From the IMG/VR virus record IMGVR_UViG_3300022555_000015: a stretch of 41,362 bases of DNA; one strand, written 5' to 3'. This DNA comes from a virus. Taxonomy: Duplodnaviria; Heunggongvirae; Uroviricota; Caudoviricetes. The position numbers were made by a program, and so were the translations under genes. Positions 16,936 through 25,386 of the stretch are shown in pieces. The notes below the pieces were generated by a model that worked only from the letters and a program-made list of their open reading frames with translations, did no database searches and was not told the DNA's origin. Numbering within the stretch: position 1 is the stretch's first letter; each line of letters begins with the position of its first letter.

Positions 16936-17214
16936 TTAATGGGTATCGAAGCTGATGACTCTGCCTTGGGAGTCTACCCAGACGTGTTTGACTCTCTTGG
17001 TTTGGAAGAGAGCTTGGACTACCTAGGGTTCTGCGGTTAGGTGATCTTGTCCGAAGTACATTCTGAACTCACCTACTGAAGTGATACAGATGTAGGTGGT
17101 ATTCTTCTCTAAAGTGGTAGCCAGCATATCCAGGATGTGCTGTCCCTTTTCCCTGTCATCTGGGGAAAGGGTCCAGTGTTGGCAGTACCAGTCTTGGAGT
17201 CTTATACGTACAAG
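16936..17214 (-). pseudogene. possible decayed ORF in frame with the 17215 gene, one internal TAG
   Basis: LVRIRLQDWYCQHW...MYFGQDHLTAEP*VVQALFQTKRVKHVWVDSQGRVISFDTH*; 93 codons, TAG at 17023-17025. Confidence 0.3.
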
Positions 17215-17856
17215 TCAGGAGTTGAGGAGTGAGGGGGAGTTCCATACGGGAACTTTACCCATTTCTTCTGCATCCCAGGCAGGCTTGAACCTTTCTACCA
17301 GGGTTGGGAGACTGTTGGTACCCACAGAGATTCTCCTGACCTTCTGGTTATCGAGACAAAGACTGATACCTTTGAGGATCAGAATGACCTGATAGGTTCT
17401 ATTGGGTCTACCCTCTGGCACCTGAAAGTGCATCCCTTCAGGGTTTGTAAAGGCGAACTGTTTACGGATCAGGAACATGGGGTCATCCGGGTCCAGGTTA
17501 GCACCAGTGATGAACTTCTCGGCAATCCCATCAACCCGAATAGGATCGGTGGGGTATGTCCAGAGGAAAGCAGCCTTGACACTAGTTGGGCACTTGCTAG
17601 GGAAACGCTTGAGTGCCCAGTTGATGGAGTCCATGTGTGTCATATACATCGTATGGACCATCATGGGGGTCATGGGGGTCTTACCCTGCTTCAGGATGAC
17701 TTCGGAGATGAGTCGAATCCAGGCACAGATGTCCTTGGCACCCTCGATTCCGAAAACATGGGTGATATTATCTAGCGTACTTCTAGGGTGATTCATGTCA
17801 ATAGTCATAGGGTCCTTGGGTTCAGTCAGGGTCAACGGGGTCTTTGGGGTTTTCAT
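17215..17856 (-). CDS. N-terminally truncated paralog of the ParB/DGQHR-like protein (lacks the DGQHR domain)
   Basis: CAWIRLISEVILKQGK, KAAFLW, DGIAEKFITGANL shared; 50 identical nt at 17680-17729 and 18678-18727. Confidence 0.8.
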   Translation of the reverse strand: MKTPKTPLTLTEPKDPMTIDMNHPRSTLDNITHVFGIEGAKDICAWIRLISEVILKQGKTPMTPMMVHTMYMTHMDSINWALKRFPSKCPTSVKAAFLWTYPTDPIRVDGIAEKFITGANLDPDDPMFLIRKQFAFTNPEGMHFQVPEGRPNRTYQVILILKGISLCLDNQKVRRISVGTNSLPTLVERFKPAWDAEEMGKVPVWNSPSLLNS

Positions 17857-17954
17857 GGTCAGGAATCCTTGTCCAGTGTTGGTTTCAAGTTATGTGTAAA
17901 ATTGCAAGACTAAGCATATTATTGCAGGTTTGTTCTGTGAACGGATGTTAGGGT

Positions 17955-18026
17955 GTTCCCTGTTCCCTACATGTCCATGTAGGGAACGGGAACGGGGAAC
18001 GGGGAACAGTTAGGGAACGGGGAACG
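17955..18026. repeat. 12-bp inverted repeat plus (GGGAAC)n tandem repeat
   Basis: GTTCCCTACATG-tc-CATGTAGGGAAC at 17962-17987, followed by five more G(G)GGAAC units. Confidence 0.85.
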
Positions 18027-18032
18027 TGTAGC

Positions 18033-19319
18033 CTATGCTACCTTCTTGGTAGTGACTTCAGTAGTGACGGTAATGGTCTCTTCCTGCTTGCCCTGCTTGC
18101 CCTTCCTGTTCTTCTTCGACTTGGTAACCTTCTGTGTCACGGTGAGTCCCATGGGGTCCATACCTTCAGGGTAGTTCAAGCCGAGGGCGAAGACGGAATC
18201 TGCATAGTCCTTGAACCTCTTGGACACGGGCAGTTCTGTCAAAGGCTCCCTCAGAGATTCCTGATCCCATGCAGCCTTGAACCGTTCGGTCAGGAGTGGG
18301 AGGGCAGAGTTATCCGCAGAAATTTCCTGCGTTACCCCCTGATTATCCAGGGAAAGTCCGATACCATTGAGGATCAGAGCGATCATATCCACCCGTGCTG
18401 ATCCATGCTTGGGGTCAAGCTTCCCTTTCTTGTCTCCTCCTGCGAAGATGAACTGCTTACGGACCCAGAGGATGGGGTCAGTGAGGCTCAGGTTAGCCCC
18501 CGTGATGAACTTCTCGGCGATTCCATCAACCCTTTGGGGATCAGTAGCATGTGCCCAAAGGAAAGCAGCCTTAATGCTTGCGGGGCACTTGAAGTTCTTG
18601 GGGAAACGCTTCATTACCCAATTGACGGAATCCAGATGGGTCTTCACCATTGTGTAGACCGTCATGGGGGTCACGATCTTACCCTGCTTCAGGATGACTT
18701 CGGAGATGAGTCGAATCCAGGCACAGAGTTCCCGTGCCCTCTCAAACCCGAAGGCATGGATGAGGCTATCTGCCGTGCTCCTGACCCGACCGATGTCAAT
18801 GAACATACGGTGTTCGGGGCTCAGATAGTAGACGATATTGAGCCACATGGCGATTTGTGCCTTACGCATGGCATCCAACCGATGTTGTCCATCAATGAGC
18901 TCCACTGAATAGGTACCATTCTGGTGGAGGGTGATGCACAGGCGAATGGGGTCCCCTACGAAGGGGAACTTGTCTTCTTCCATAGCACCCTTGAGAGACT
19001 CGATCCTGGGAGGGGAGATATCCCGGTTGTGCTGGTGAATCTCGGGGGACAGGAGCCAATCTGCCATGCTCGGGGTGACCCACGTCTTCATGGTGATCAC
19101 GTCATTGTCCGGGGGTGCCTCCTTGTCAGGAGTTTCACTTCCTGGGAACGTGAAGTAGGTGTTGTTCAGGAAACCAGCCGGGAGGTCACGGACACGGATG
19201 GCTCTACGGGAGCCGTGGGGCTTCACGTAGACATCCTTTCCAGTTTCCTTGGAGTAGATTTCCATAGGCGAGAGGACGGGGAGAGAGAGGATCAGGGGGA
19301 GCTTCTGGGTCTTCTGCAT
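18033..19319 (-). CDS. ParB/Srx-like DGQHR-domain protein with Lys-rich C-terminus
   Basis: WVTPSMADWLL...HNRDIS...GDPIRL...LIDGQHRLDA...IDIGRVRSTAD. Confidence 0.7.
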   Translation of the reverse strand: MQKTQKLPLILSLPVLSPMEIYSKETGKDVYVKPHGSRRAIRVRDLPAGFLNNTYFTFPGSETPDKEAPPDNDVITMKTWVTPSMADWLLSPEIHQHNRDISPPRIESLKGAMEEDKFPFVGDPIRLCITLHQNGTYSVELIDGQHRLDAMRKAQIAMWLNIVYYLSPEHRMFIDIGRVRSTADSLIHAFGFERARELCAWIRLISEVILKQGKIVTPMTVYTMVKTHLDSVNWVMKRFPKNFKCPASIKAAFLWAHATDPQRVDGIAEKFITGANLSLTDPILWVRKQFIFAGGDKKGKLDPKHGSARVDMIALILNGIGLSLDNQGVTQEISADNSALPLLTERFKAAWDQESLREPLTELPVSKRFKDYADSVFALGLNYPEGMDPMGLTVTQKVTKSKKNRKGKQGKQEETITVTTEVTTKKVA

Positions 19320-19470
19320 TTTCAGAGTCCTTGTGGAGGGCTTACTGGGCCCGGGTTCTAGGGGTAGTTACGCCCGACGAGGGCACGCTGGGATTTTTTC
19401 GTTGCCGAGTTCTAGCCCCGGACGATTTTCATGTGTAGGTCTAGGATTCGGTGGCTACGATGTCTTGGGG

Positions 19471-19506
19471 GTGTAGGGCATCCGTCAGGTGTAGGGCATC
19501 CGTCAG
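19471..19506. repeat. 18-bp perfect direct repeat x2 upstream of the ParB-like gene
   Basis: GTGTAGGGCATCCGTCAG twice in tandem. Confidence 0.85.
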
Positions 19507-19529
19507 GTCGGAGGGATTTGGTAGGGATG

Positions 19530-19766
19530 TCAGTGATAACCGTGGAACATGAAGGTTTGGAAGCCCCGAAGGTCATTTCCGCTGTAGCCCTGAGCCTCCA
19601 GGAGTCGGTCTACGGTGCGTTTGCACGTCCGGGAGTTACGGGTCTTACCTTGGCCGATGATGAGGAAGGAGATGGTTGAGCCGACGGCTACATTTGTGGG
19701 TAGGGCCCATCTTCGGCCAATGCCGAACATTTTGGGGACACGTCGGAGGGTCACGGGAGGGTTCAC
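19530..19766 (-). CDS. hypothetical protein, family E (start revised to GTG 19766)
   Basis: GTGA overlap; FGIGRRW motif. Confidence 0.65.
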   Translation of the reverse strand: MNPPVTLRRVPKMFGIGRRWALPTNVAVGSTISFLIIGQGKTRNSRTCKRTVDRLLEAQGYSGNDLRGFQTFMFHGYH

Positions 19767-20113
19767 AGTTCGATGTTTCCTGTGATGAGGCATTCTCCCA
19801 AGTAGGACGTGAGTGCCTGGATGATGGTGAAGGTGGGGATATTGATGCCCGTGGCAAGGTCCAGGAGTTCCACAGCTTCCTGGAGAGTAGTCCTGCCATT
19901 GATCTTGTGGGTCAGGTCCCACCGGAGGGAGCGGTAGATGGAGAGGATGAGGGCAGCGAGGACACCTGTCTCGACGCAGACGTTGAGGCAGGAGCGGTGT
20001 TGTTCCAGGGACCTGTTATGGTCGTTGATGAAGAGAACCCTGAGAACGGACTCGTCTTCCGTAGCCACGAGATAGTAGCCGGTTTTCTCGGGCATGTTTT
20101 TGACGGTGTTCAA
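19763..20113 (-). CDS. hypothetical protein
   Basis: TTGA-coupled 116-aa ORF. Confidence 0.65.
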   Translation of the reverse strand: MNTVKNMPEKTGYYLVATEDESVLRVLFINDHNRSLEQHRSCLNVCVETGVLAALILSIYRSLRWDLTHKINGRTTLQEAVELLDLATGINIPTFTIIQALTSYLGECLITGNIEL

Positions 20114-20421
20114 GGCAGGGTTCCTTTTGCGTAGAGTTCACCCATGTAGATGAGCAGAGCATTCTCGGCCTGGGTAGTTTTACGGGTGCCGAGGGGGATG
20201 TCCAGGAGGCCCCGGAGTTCCTTGAAGAGGGGGGCACCTACGATCCCGTTGCCTCTATACTGGAGGAAGACCTTGAAAGCGGCCAGGACTAGGTAGGCTT
20301 CGGTTCGATTCCGGGTCTGGTAGTTCCCCACAGGCAGGGCGGGTCCTGTGTCTTCCTGGTTGGAACCTACGAAGATGTCTAGTTGGTAATTGTGGTAGAT
20401 CCTGTAGATTGGCTTGATCAT
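20110..20421 (-). CDS. hypothetical protein
   Basis: ATGA-coupled 103-aa ORF. Confidence 0.7.
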   Translation of the reverse strand: MIKPIYRIYHNYQLDIFVGSNQEDTGPALPVGNYQTRNRTEAYLVLAAFKVFLQYRGNGIVGAPLFKELRGLLDIPLGTRKTTQAENALLIYMGELYAKGTLP

Positions 20422-20672
20422 AGGGTCACCAGAGTTAGGGCACGCAGGAATTTGTGTGAGACATAGCAGATGGCTTCATGGTTGTTGTTCTTGAGGAAGG
20501 TCACCAGGGCTTCACCCTTGATATTGTGCTGATCTGCCCAGTTGAGACTTACCTCGATGCGGCACTTCTTGTTTCTAGTGTGCATCCCGTTGTCGATCAC
20601 GTAATAGTAGATGGGTAGGCCGTTGGAAGCTACAAGGGCATAAACCTGACCTACTCTGATCCTGGTTTTCAT
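20418..20672 (-). CDS. hypothetical protein, family E (start revised from 20843)
   Basis: ATGA overlap; IRVGQVY...PIYYYVI. Confidence 0.7.
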   Translation of the reverse strand: MKTRIRVGQVYALVASNGLPIYYYVIDNGMHTRNKKCRIEVSLNWADQHNIKGEALVTFLKNNNHEAICYVSHKFLRALTLVTL

Positions 20673-21178
20673 CCGGGGGTCCAGTGCTGGTTGAGAGTTC
20701 TTTCCAACTGGCAGTAAGCAGCCTTGGAAGGAATCTGATCGGGATGTGTCTTGGGGCTGCATTCTCGGCAGAGGGGGATTTGATCTCCTGGCTTCCGGTC
20801 GGGAAGCAGGGTCCAGAAGGGGGTAGGCTTGTGGCACCGGCAACAGGACTCCTGGGGTCCCATGCCATCAGGCTCCCGTTCGGTAGGGATGTCACTGGCA
20901 ATGATCCTGCCCTTGGTTCGCAGGAATTCATGGGTCACGAATCGGGGGAGTTCGTCTCCGAGGAGCTTGAGCTTGGACTTCAGAGCATAGCCGGTGAAGC
21001 CATGGGACTCCAGCCAAGTCCGGTCCCAATGCTGGGTACAGAGCTTGGCGGTGTTGGTCCGGGTCTTGGAGATGTTGACCAGGGTACAGGGCGGGTCACT
21101 GGTATGACCCGTGAAGGTATCCATGGGGATGTAGTAGATCCTGCCGAGGGAGAAGGGGGTCTTGCGAGGTTTGCCCAT
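20669..21178 (-). CDS. family E protein with C-terminal Cys motif
   Basis: FSLGRIYY; CCRCHK...LCREC; ATG 6 nt after motif. Confidence 0.75.
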   Translation of the reverse strand: MGKPRKTPFSLGRIYYIPMDTFTGHTSDPPCTLVNISKTRTNTAKLCTQHWDRTWLESHGFTGYALKSKLKLLGDELPRFVTHEFLRTKGRIIASDIPTEREPDGMGPQESCCRCHKPTPFWTLLPDRKPGDQIPLCRECSPKTHPDQIPSKAAYCQLERTLNQHWTPG

Positions 21179-21184
21179 GTCTAT

Positions 21185-21211
21185 CTTACCGTAGGGTTGC
21201 TGAATCTTAAC
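21185..21211 (-). promoter_or_regulatory. bipartite motif; ATG 6 nt downstream
   Basis: GTTAAGATT-N12-GGTAAG-atagac-ATG(21178). Confidence 0.85.
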
Positions 21212-21220
21212 CTGAAAAAC

Positions 21221-21595
21221 TCAAGCTGCTTTGTAGATGGGGGTAGTGATATAGGTGTGGAAACCTACCTGGAAGTCCTGGTCCCAGGTGTTGCTACTCC
21301 AGGGAAGTACCCTTGCAGTATTCTCGATGTGTGTACGTGTCAGGGATACACGGGTCTTGTGACCCTGTGCTTCCAGGATAGTTTCCAGGAGAGGGTGTGC
21401 AAGCTTCCAGGTCAAGTCGGGGCACAAGCTGTTCTTGGCCCACGTCTTGTCACACCGGAGTGTACAGAGGAAGGTGTCGGGTTCTGACCCTGGACCCCGG
21501 ATGATGAGGATGACCGGGAGTTTCCCGGTTTGTTCACGGTGAGTGTTGAAGAGGTACCAGCGTCGGCCGATTTGAAACCTGGGGTCCGTTTCCAT
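21221..21595 (-). CDS. hypothetical protein, family E (start revised from 21751)
   Basis: FQIGRRWY; AAGGAGAGG SD between motif and ATG. Confidence 0.75.
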   Translation of the reverse strand: METDPRFQIGRRWYLFNTHREQTGKLPVILIIRGPGSEPDTFLCTLRCDKTWAKNSLCPDLTWKLAHPLLETILEAQGHKTRVSLTRTHIENTARVLPWSSNTWDQDFQVGFHTYITTPIYKAA

Positions 21596-21611
21596 GATTG
21601 CCTCTCCTTTG

Positions 21612-21638
21612 CTTACCTGGGAGGGGCTGAATCTTAAC
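21612..21638 (-). promoter_or_regulatory. bipartite motif; ATG 16 nt downstream with SD
   Basis: GTTAAGATT-N12-GGTAAG-caaaggagaggcaatc-ATG(21595). Confidence 0.85.
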
Positions 21639-22035
21639 CTGAAAACGGCAGGAGGGTCTCTTCGGGGTGAAAGAGGGGATGTAGGATGAAGTGGTAGAAG
21701 TACCCACCTAAGAAATTCCCATGGCAGGGGAGTCTCTTCATCTGTTCCCACGGGATGGGGATGGGGGTAGCCACTCTCAGAAGGTGGTCATGGGTGTAGA
21801 CACCCTTGGACTTGTGACCCAAGAGTTGCAGCCGGTACTTCAGTCTGAAGCTATCCAAGCCTTGGTCTCGCAGGCAGTCTACCTCGAATTTGAGGCTACA
21901 GAGCTTGGAGTCTGGGGTGGGGCCGTAGTCGAGAATGATGAAGTAGAAGGGAATCAGACCGAAGGCATCTCTGTAGGTATTGGAGCAATACCAACGTCTA
22001 CCGATGGCAAACTTGTCATTGGGGTATGTGATCAC
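21634..22035 (-). CDS. hypothetical protein, family E
   Basis: FAIGRRWY; GTGA-coupled. Confidence 0.75.
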   Translation of the reverse strand: MITYPNDKFAIGRRWYCSNTYRDAFGLIPFYFIILDYGPTPDSKLCSLKFEVDCLRDQGLDSFRLKYRLQLLGHKSKGVYTHDHLLRVATPIPIPWEQMKRLPCHGNFLGGYFYHFILHPLFHPEETLLPFSG

Positions 22036-22439
22036 TGGTCAAAGAGATGGGACCGTACCTTGTTCCTCAGTTCTTCATACCCATTGCAGTTTTTATGACT
22101 TTCAATGTTCCGGTAGAAGGTCTCCAGTTCTTCATGGAGACCTACCAGACGGTCGATCTCACACATGGAGTGTTCAACGATCTTTGCCGTAAGAACCGAG
22201 AGATCAGTATTGATGCGGTCTCCATCAGGTCTGTTCAACCAGTAAGTGGCTCCGTGAACCATACTCATACACTCATGGTAGAGCCTTTCCCCTTCCTTCA
22301 GGTACTTGTACTCTGCCAACAGGGCTTTGGTGTGTGTGGCTTCCATTGTTTTACCTGTAGTGGTGCTGCCAGTCTTTCTTAGCTCGGTAGGGGTATACCT
22401 CTCGGGTAAACCGTCCCTATCAAAGTACTGGACACCCAT
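22032..22439 (-). CDS. hypothetical protein
   Basis: 135-aa ORF in run. Confidence 0.7.
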   Translation of the reverse strand: MGVQYFDRDGLPERYTPTELRKTGSTTTGKTMEATHTKALLAEYKYLKEGERLYHECMSMVHGATYWLNRPDGDRINTDLSVLTAKIVEHSMCEIDRLVGLHEELETFYRNIESHKNCNGYEELRNKVRSHLFDQ

Positions 22440-22443
22440 GGTT

Positions 22444-22857
22444 TCAGGACTTCTCAGGGGAAATCATGGTCGAAAGCCATTCAAGCTTGTCAGTGACTAC
22501 CAGAACCGGAACCATCCCTGGCATATCGTTATACATGGTCTCAGGTAGTTCCATGACTGCCTGACCCAGGATGTCAGTGAGGGGGTAGGGAAGTACAGCT
22601 AGGGCACAGCCATACAACGGGGAGCTTTTCTCATCCACAACGGGAAGGAAGTACTTCTTCTCTCTGGCATGAGCAATATACCCATAGTTGTAGCCCCCAG
22701 GGATTGTGTGTAGCTCATCACTCCTAGATTGTCTAGGCATGACTACAACAGCACAGAACTGAATAGGGTCTTGCATTAGTGCTTGCTGGGCAAAGCAACA
22801 CATCTCTACCAGTCTGTCCATTTGGGCGATACTTAGCACTTCATCTGCTCGTTTCAT
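22444..22857 (-). CDS. hypothetical protein
   Basis: 137-aa ORF, ATGA-coupled. Confidence 0.7.
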   Translation of the reverse strand: MKRADEVLSIAQMDRLVEMCCFAQQALMQDPIQFCAVVVMPRQSRSDELHTIPGGYNYGYIAHAREKKYFLPVVDEKSSPLYGCALAVLPYPLTDILGQAVMELPETMYNDMPGMVPVLVVTDKLEWLSTMISPEKS

Positions 22858-23372
22858 GTCTTATCCTCGGTCTTGGGTGGCATCATCGCAGTAGTACAAT
22901 ACCAACCACCATTCCAGGAGCTTTGGGGTATAGGCTCATGGGGGAGGGTTCGGTTCTGGCCCCTCCAGTTCTTCATCCAGAAATCAAACTCAGTCCGGGA
23001 TATGTCATTCAACCCATCTCGGGCCTTCAGCCACTTGTGGTAACAGATTGTAGCGTTCTGATCTGCCCAATGGACCTTACGGTTGTAGGCATAGAAAGCC
23101 ATGTCAGAGCGTTTCCTATTGGCTCTTGTGGGTTGATGCTCCCAAGGCAGGGCTGGGTCCATCCGGGTAAATGAATCCACCCTATCGAAGAAGGTCTGGG
23201 TCTGACTCAGGTAGGCATGAAATAGACGGATGACGTGCTTGACCCTCTTGGAAGATGCAGAGTAGTTATTGATTTCGAAGCCTAGCTGCCTTCCATGGGA
23301 GGTAATGGCAACGAACCTATCCGTAATGTCTTTCCGAGACTGTTCTAGTGTATTGACTGTGTGTGTCATCAC
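22854..23372 (-). CDS. hypothetical protein, family F
   Basis: RLFHAYLSQTQTFFDRV...KWLKARDGL. Confidence 0.75.
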   Translation of the reverse strand: MMTHTVNTLEQSRKDITDRFVAITSHGRQLGFEINNYSASSKRVKHVIRLFHAYLSQTQTFFDRVDSFTRMDPALPWEHQPTRANRKRSDMAFYAYNRKVHWADQNATICYHKWLKARDGLNDISRTEFDFWMKNWRGQNRTLPHEPIPQSSWNGGWYCTTAMMPPKTEDKT

Positions 23373-23680
23373 TTACCCTCGGGCCAATCCTCGGGCCAAT
23401 CCTTGATGCAATCCCATTGGAAGATGATCCTGTCATGCGTTTGGATCAGTTGGGTGGTTTCCCTGTTCTTGATAACCTTGAGTTCTACCAGCTTACTCTC
23501 AGTCTCGGGTTGGGGGGCTACCACCCTACTGTATCTCTCACTGTAGGGGGGCTCCATACCCTGACAGTACTTTTCAACAGGTACAGGTATTAGCCTAAGA
23601 TTCACCAGGATGTTACGGAACCTAGGGTTGGAGGCTACAAGGGCTTTGATTTCCTCATAGGCTTCTTTCACAGTCTTCAT
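23369..23680 (-). CDS. hypothetical protein (start revised from 23731)
   Basis: ATG 7 nt after upstream TAA; MKTVKEAYEEIK. Confidence 0.7.
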   Translation of the reverse strand: MKTVKEAYEEIKALVASNPRFRNILVNLRLIPVPVEKYCQGMEPPYSERYSRVVAPQPETESKLVELKVIKNRETTQLIQTHDRIIFQWDCIKDWPEDWPEGK

Positions 23681-23687
23681 GTCTACC

Positions 23688-23969
23688 TTAATGGGTATTT
23701 CTGAACATGGTGACCTTGGTCCCGTTCTCACCGGAGAAGGTCAAGATGGAGGTAGGGGAATCACAGATAAGTTCGGCACCCCAGAGATAATGTTCACCAT
23801 CCTCAATGCTATGGTAATTCACGAAATCTGGGGACTTCAACATCTCCTTCAGGTCTTCCCCGTGAAGATGAATCTCTGTGACCCTCTCACAAAGAGCTTC
23901 AATGCGTGCAAACGCATCAGAGATATCGTGCAGGGTTGGGGGCCAGTGGTTGATGTAGAGATGTTCCAT
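23688..23969 (-). CDS. hypothetical protein
   Basis: 93-aa ORF in run. Confidence 0.7.
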   Translation of the reverse strand: MEHLYINHWPPTLHDISDAFARIEALCERVTEIHLHGEDLKEMLKSPDFVNYHSIEDGEHYLWGAELICDSPTSILTFSGENGTKVTMFRNTH

Positions 23970-23982
23970 GGGTAGTACCTTA

Positions 23983-24495
23983 CTATGATTGACTAGCCCT
24001 GTACATCTTCAGACGGTCATTCTTACGGACCCACCAAGCCTTCATCCTTCGGTCCCACATGTCTCTCCGACCTGGGTCCAGCCGGTCTCTTGCCTTCTTC
24101 CACTTCTTGAGGGCAATTTCGGCATTCCTCTCGGTCCACTTCAGTTCCTTGTCAGTCCAGCCCGCAATAACCCGGTCGCAATAGAAGTGGGTTTGTTGCA
24201 AGTAGGCATGGAAGAGCTTGTTGACGTGAGGAATCTCCTTATCAAAATGGTATGGGTTTCCTGCCAGGAGTGATGGCATTGGGTTAGATTGGAAGTTGGC
24301 ATCATCAAGCATAGCCATGATCTTGGTATGTCCCCTGAGAATGCGCTTCTCTTCAAGCCCATGGATGCCCAAGTTAGCATACATCTTCAGGTCAAAGAAG
24401 TCCTTCCAGGACTGGAAGATGATTCGTTCAGCCTTGAGAGATATGGAATCGAGAGCCTTGAAGGCTTCGATGGTTTCCTGACTTACTTGTCCCAT
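23983..24495 (-). CDS. hypothetical protein, family F
   Basis: KLFHAYLQQTHFYCDRV...KWKKARDRL. Confidence 0.75.
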   Translation of the reverse strand: MGQVSQETIEAFKALDSISLKAERIIFQSWKDFFDLKMYANLGIHGLEEKRILRGHTKIMAMLDDANFQSNPMPSLLAGNPYHFDKEIPHVNKLFHAYLQQTHFYCDRVIAGWTDKELKWTERNAEIALKKWKKARDRLDPGRRDMWDRRMKAWWVRKNDRLKMYRASQS

Positions 24496-25082
24496 GCTGC
24501 CTTGACATCCTTCATGGCTTCATGCCAGTGAGGATTGGAGCCATCGGCATTAGTGATCACAAGATCAATAGGGGTGTGCTTGATTTCCAGGTCATAGACA
24601 ACCTGGAAGGTCAGGGTCTTGTGGGGGTACTCAACATGGACGCCTGCACTGTGGCAAGCGAGGGCCTTCCTGAGACTGACGGTTTCCTTCCAGGAGAGTC
24701 CAGGGACCGTGACCCTATCGGCCTTGAGGGCTCGGTAGGCAAGCTCCCTGCCCGTGGGGGAATTCAGGTTCACGGTGAACTGGTCCAGGGGGACTACATC
24801 CTGGTAGGAAACGATGACCTTGCCAGGGATGTCAATGATGATACAGCCGAAGGAGTCAAGGGAATTCTCCCCCATAAGTTTATGGGCATCAAAGGTGATG
24901 TCCTTGTCCATGTCACGGGAAACAGGCTCCCGCTGGATGTTGCTCATGAAGCGGATCACACCATCATCGAACGGGAGAGGGGTGAGGATCAGACGTTCGA
25001 AGAGGTCACAGGGCTGGAGGTTCCCTGCAAACTTACTCCTGTTCATGTTGAGCCTGATGCCGAGACTGAGTAGAGACTTCAT
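24483..25082 (-). CDS. hypothetical protein
   Basis: 199-aa ORF in run. Confidence 0.7.
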   Translation of the reverse strand: MKSLLSLGIRLNMNRSKFAGNLQPCDLFERLILTPLPFDDGVIRFMSNIQREPVSRDMDKDITFDAHKLMGENSLDSFGCIIIDIPGKVIVSYQDVVPLDQFTVNLNSPTGRELAYRALKADRVTVPGLSWKETVSLRKALACHSAGVHVEYPHKTLTFQVVYDLEIKHTPIDLVITNADGSNPHWHEAMKDVKAAWDK

Positions 25083-25095
25083 GGTTTAGTTACTC

Positions 25096-25386
25096 CTACC
25101 TACCATTACCTTGAACAGGGAACACTATCCGCAAGTAAATTTCAACAGCCTTGACCTGTACACACAGGTTCTTCAGGGCTTCGATCTCAGACGGGCCCTG
25201 TCCGGTCTTGTAGGCACCGGCATTGTCCCCCTCGGAACAGTACACCTGAGCACTGTAGTCACTTGTACCTCCAAGTGTCTGAGGGTGATGGTAGTACCTG
25301 CCTACTTCAATGTAATAGGTAGACCCCAATAGACTCAGGATCTCCTGAGCAACTGCATCCCTTTGTTCTTGGGGTGTGAGAATCAC
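25096..25386 (-). CDS. family G single-domain protein (dsRBD-topology/HicB-like); start revised to GTG 25386
   Basis: YSAQV...TGQGPSEIEALKNL; GTGA overlap. Confidence 0.75.
   Translation of the reverse strand: MILTPQEQRDAVAQEILSLLGSTYYIEVGRYYHHPQTLGGTSDYSAQVYCSEGDNAGAYKTGQGPSEIEALKNLCVQVKAVEIYLRIVFPVQGNGR

Noticed and set aside
20258-20323. tRNA-like T-arm GGTTCGATTCC with a possible acceptor pairing
   Set aside because: Only 66 nt with 34 nt between acceptor and T-stem (about 41 expected), no anticodon stem, and it lies inside the 20110-20421 CDS.
23378-23404. Short direct repeat GGGCCAATCCT x2, and CTCCGGGTTGTG x2 near 27570
   Set aside because: They encode simple peptide repeats (DWPEDWPE, HNPEHNPE) inside CDSs; slippage-level only.
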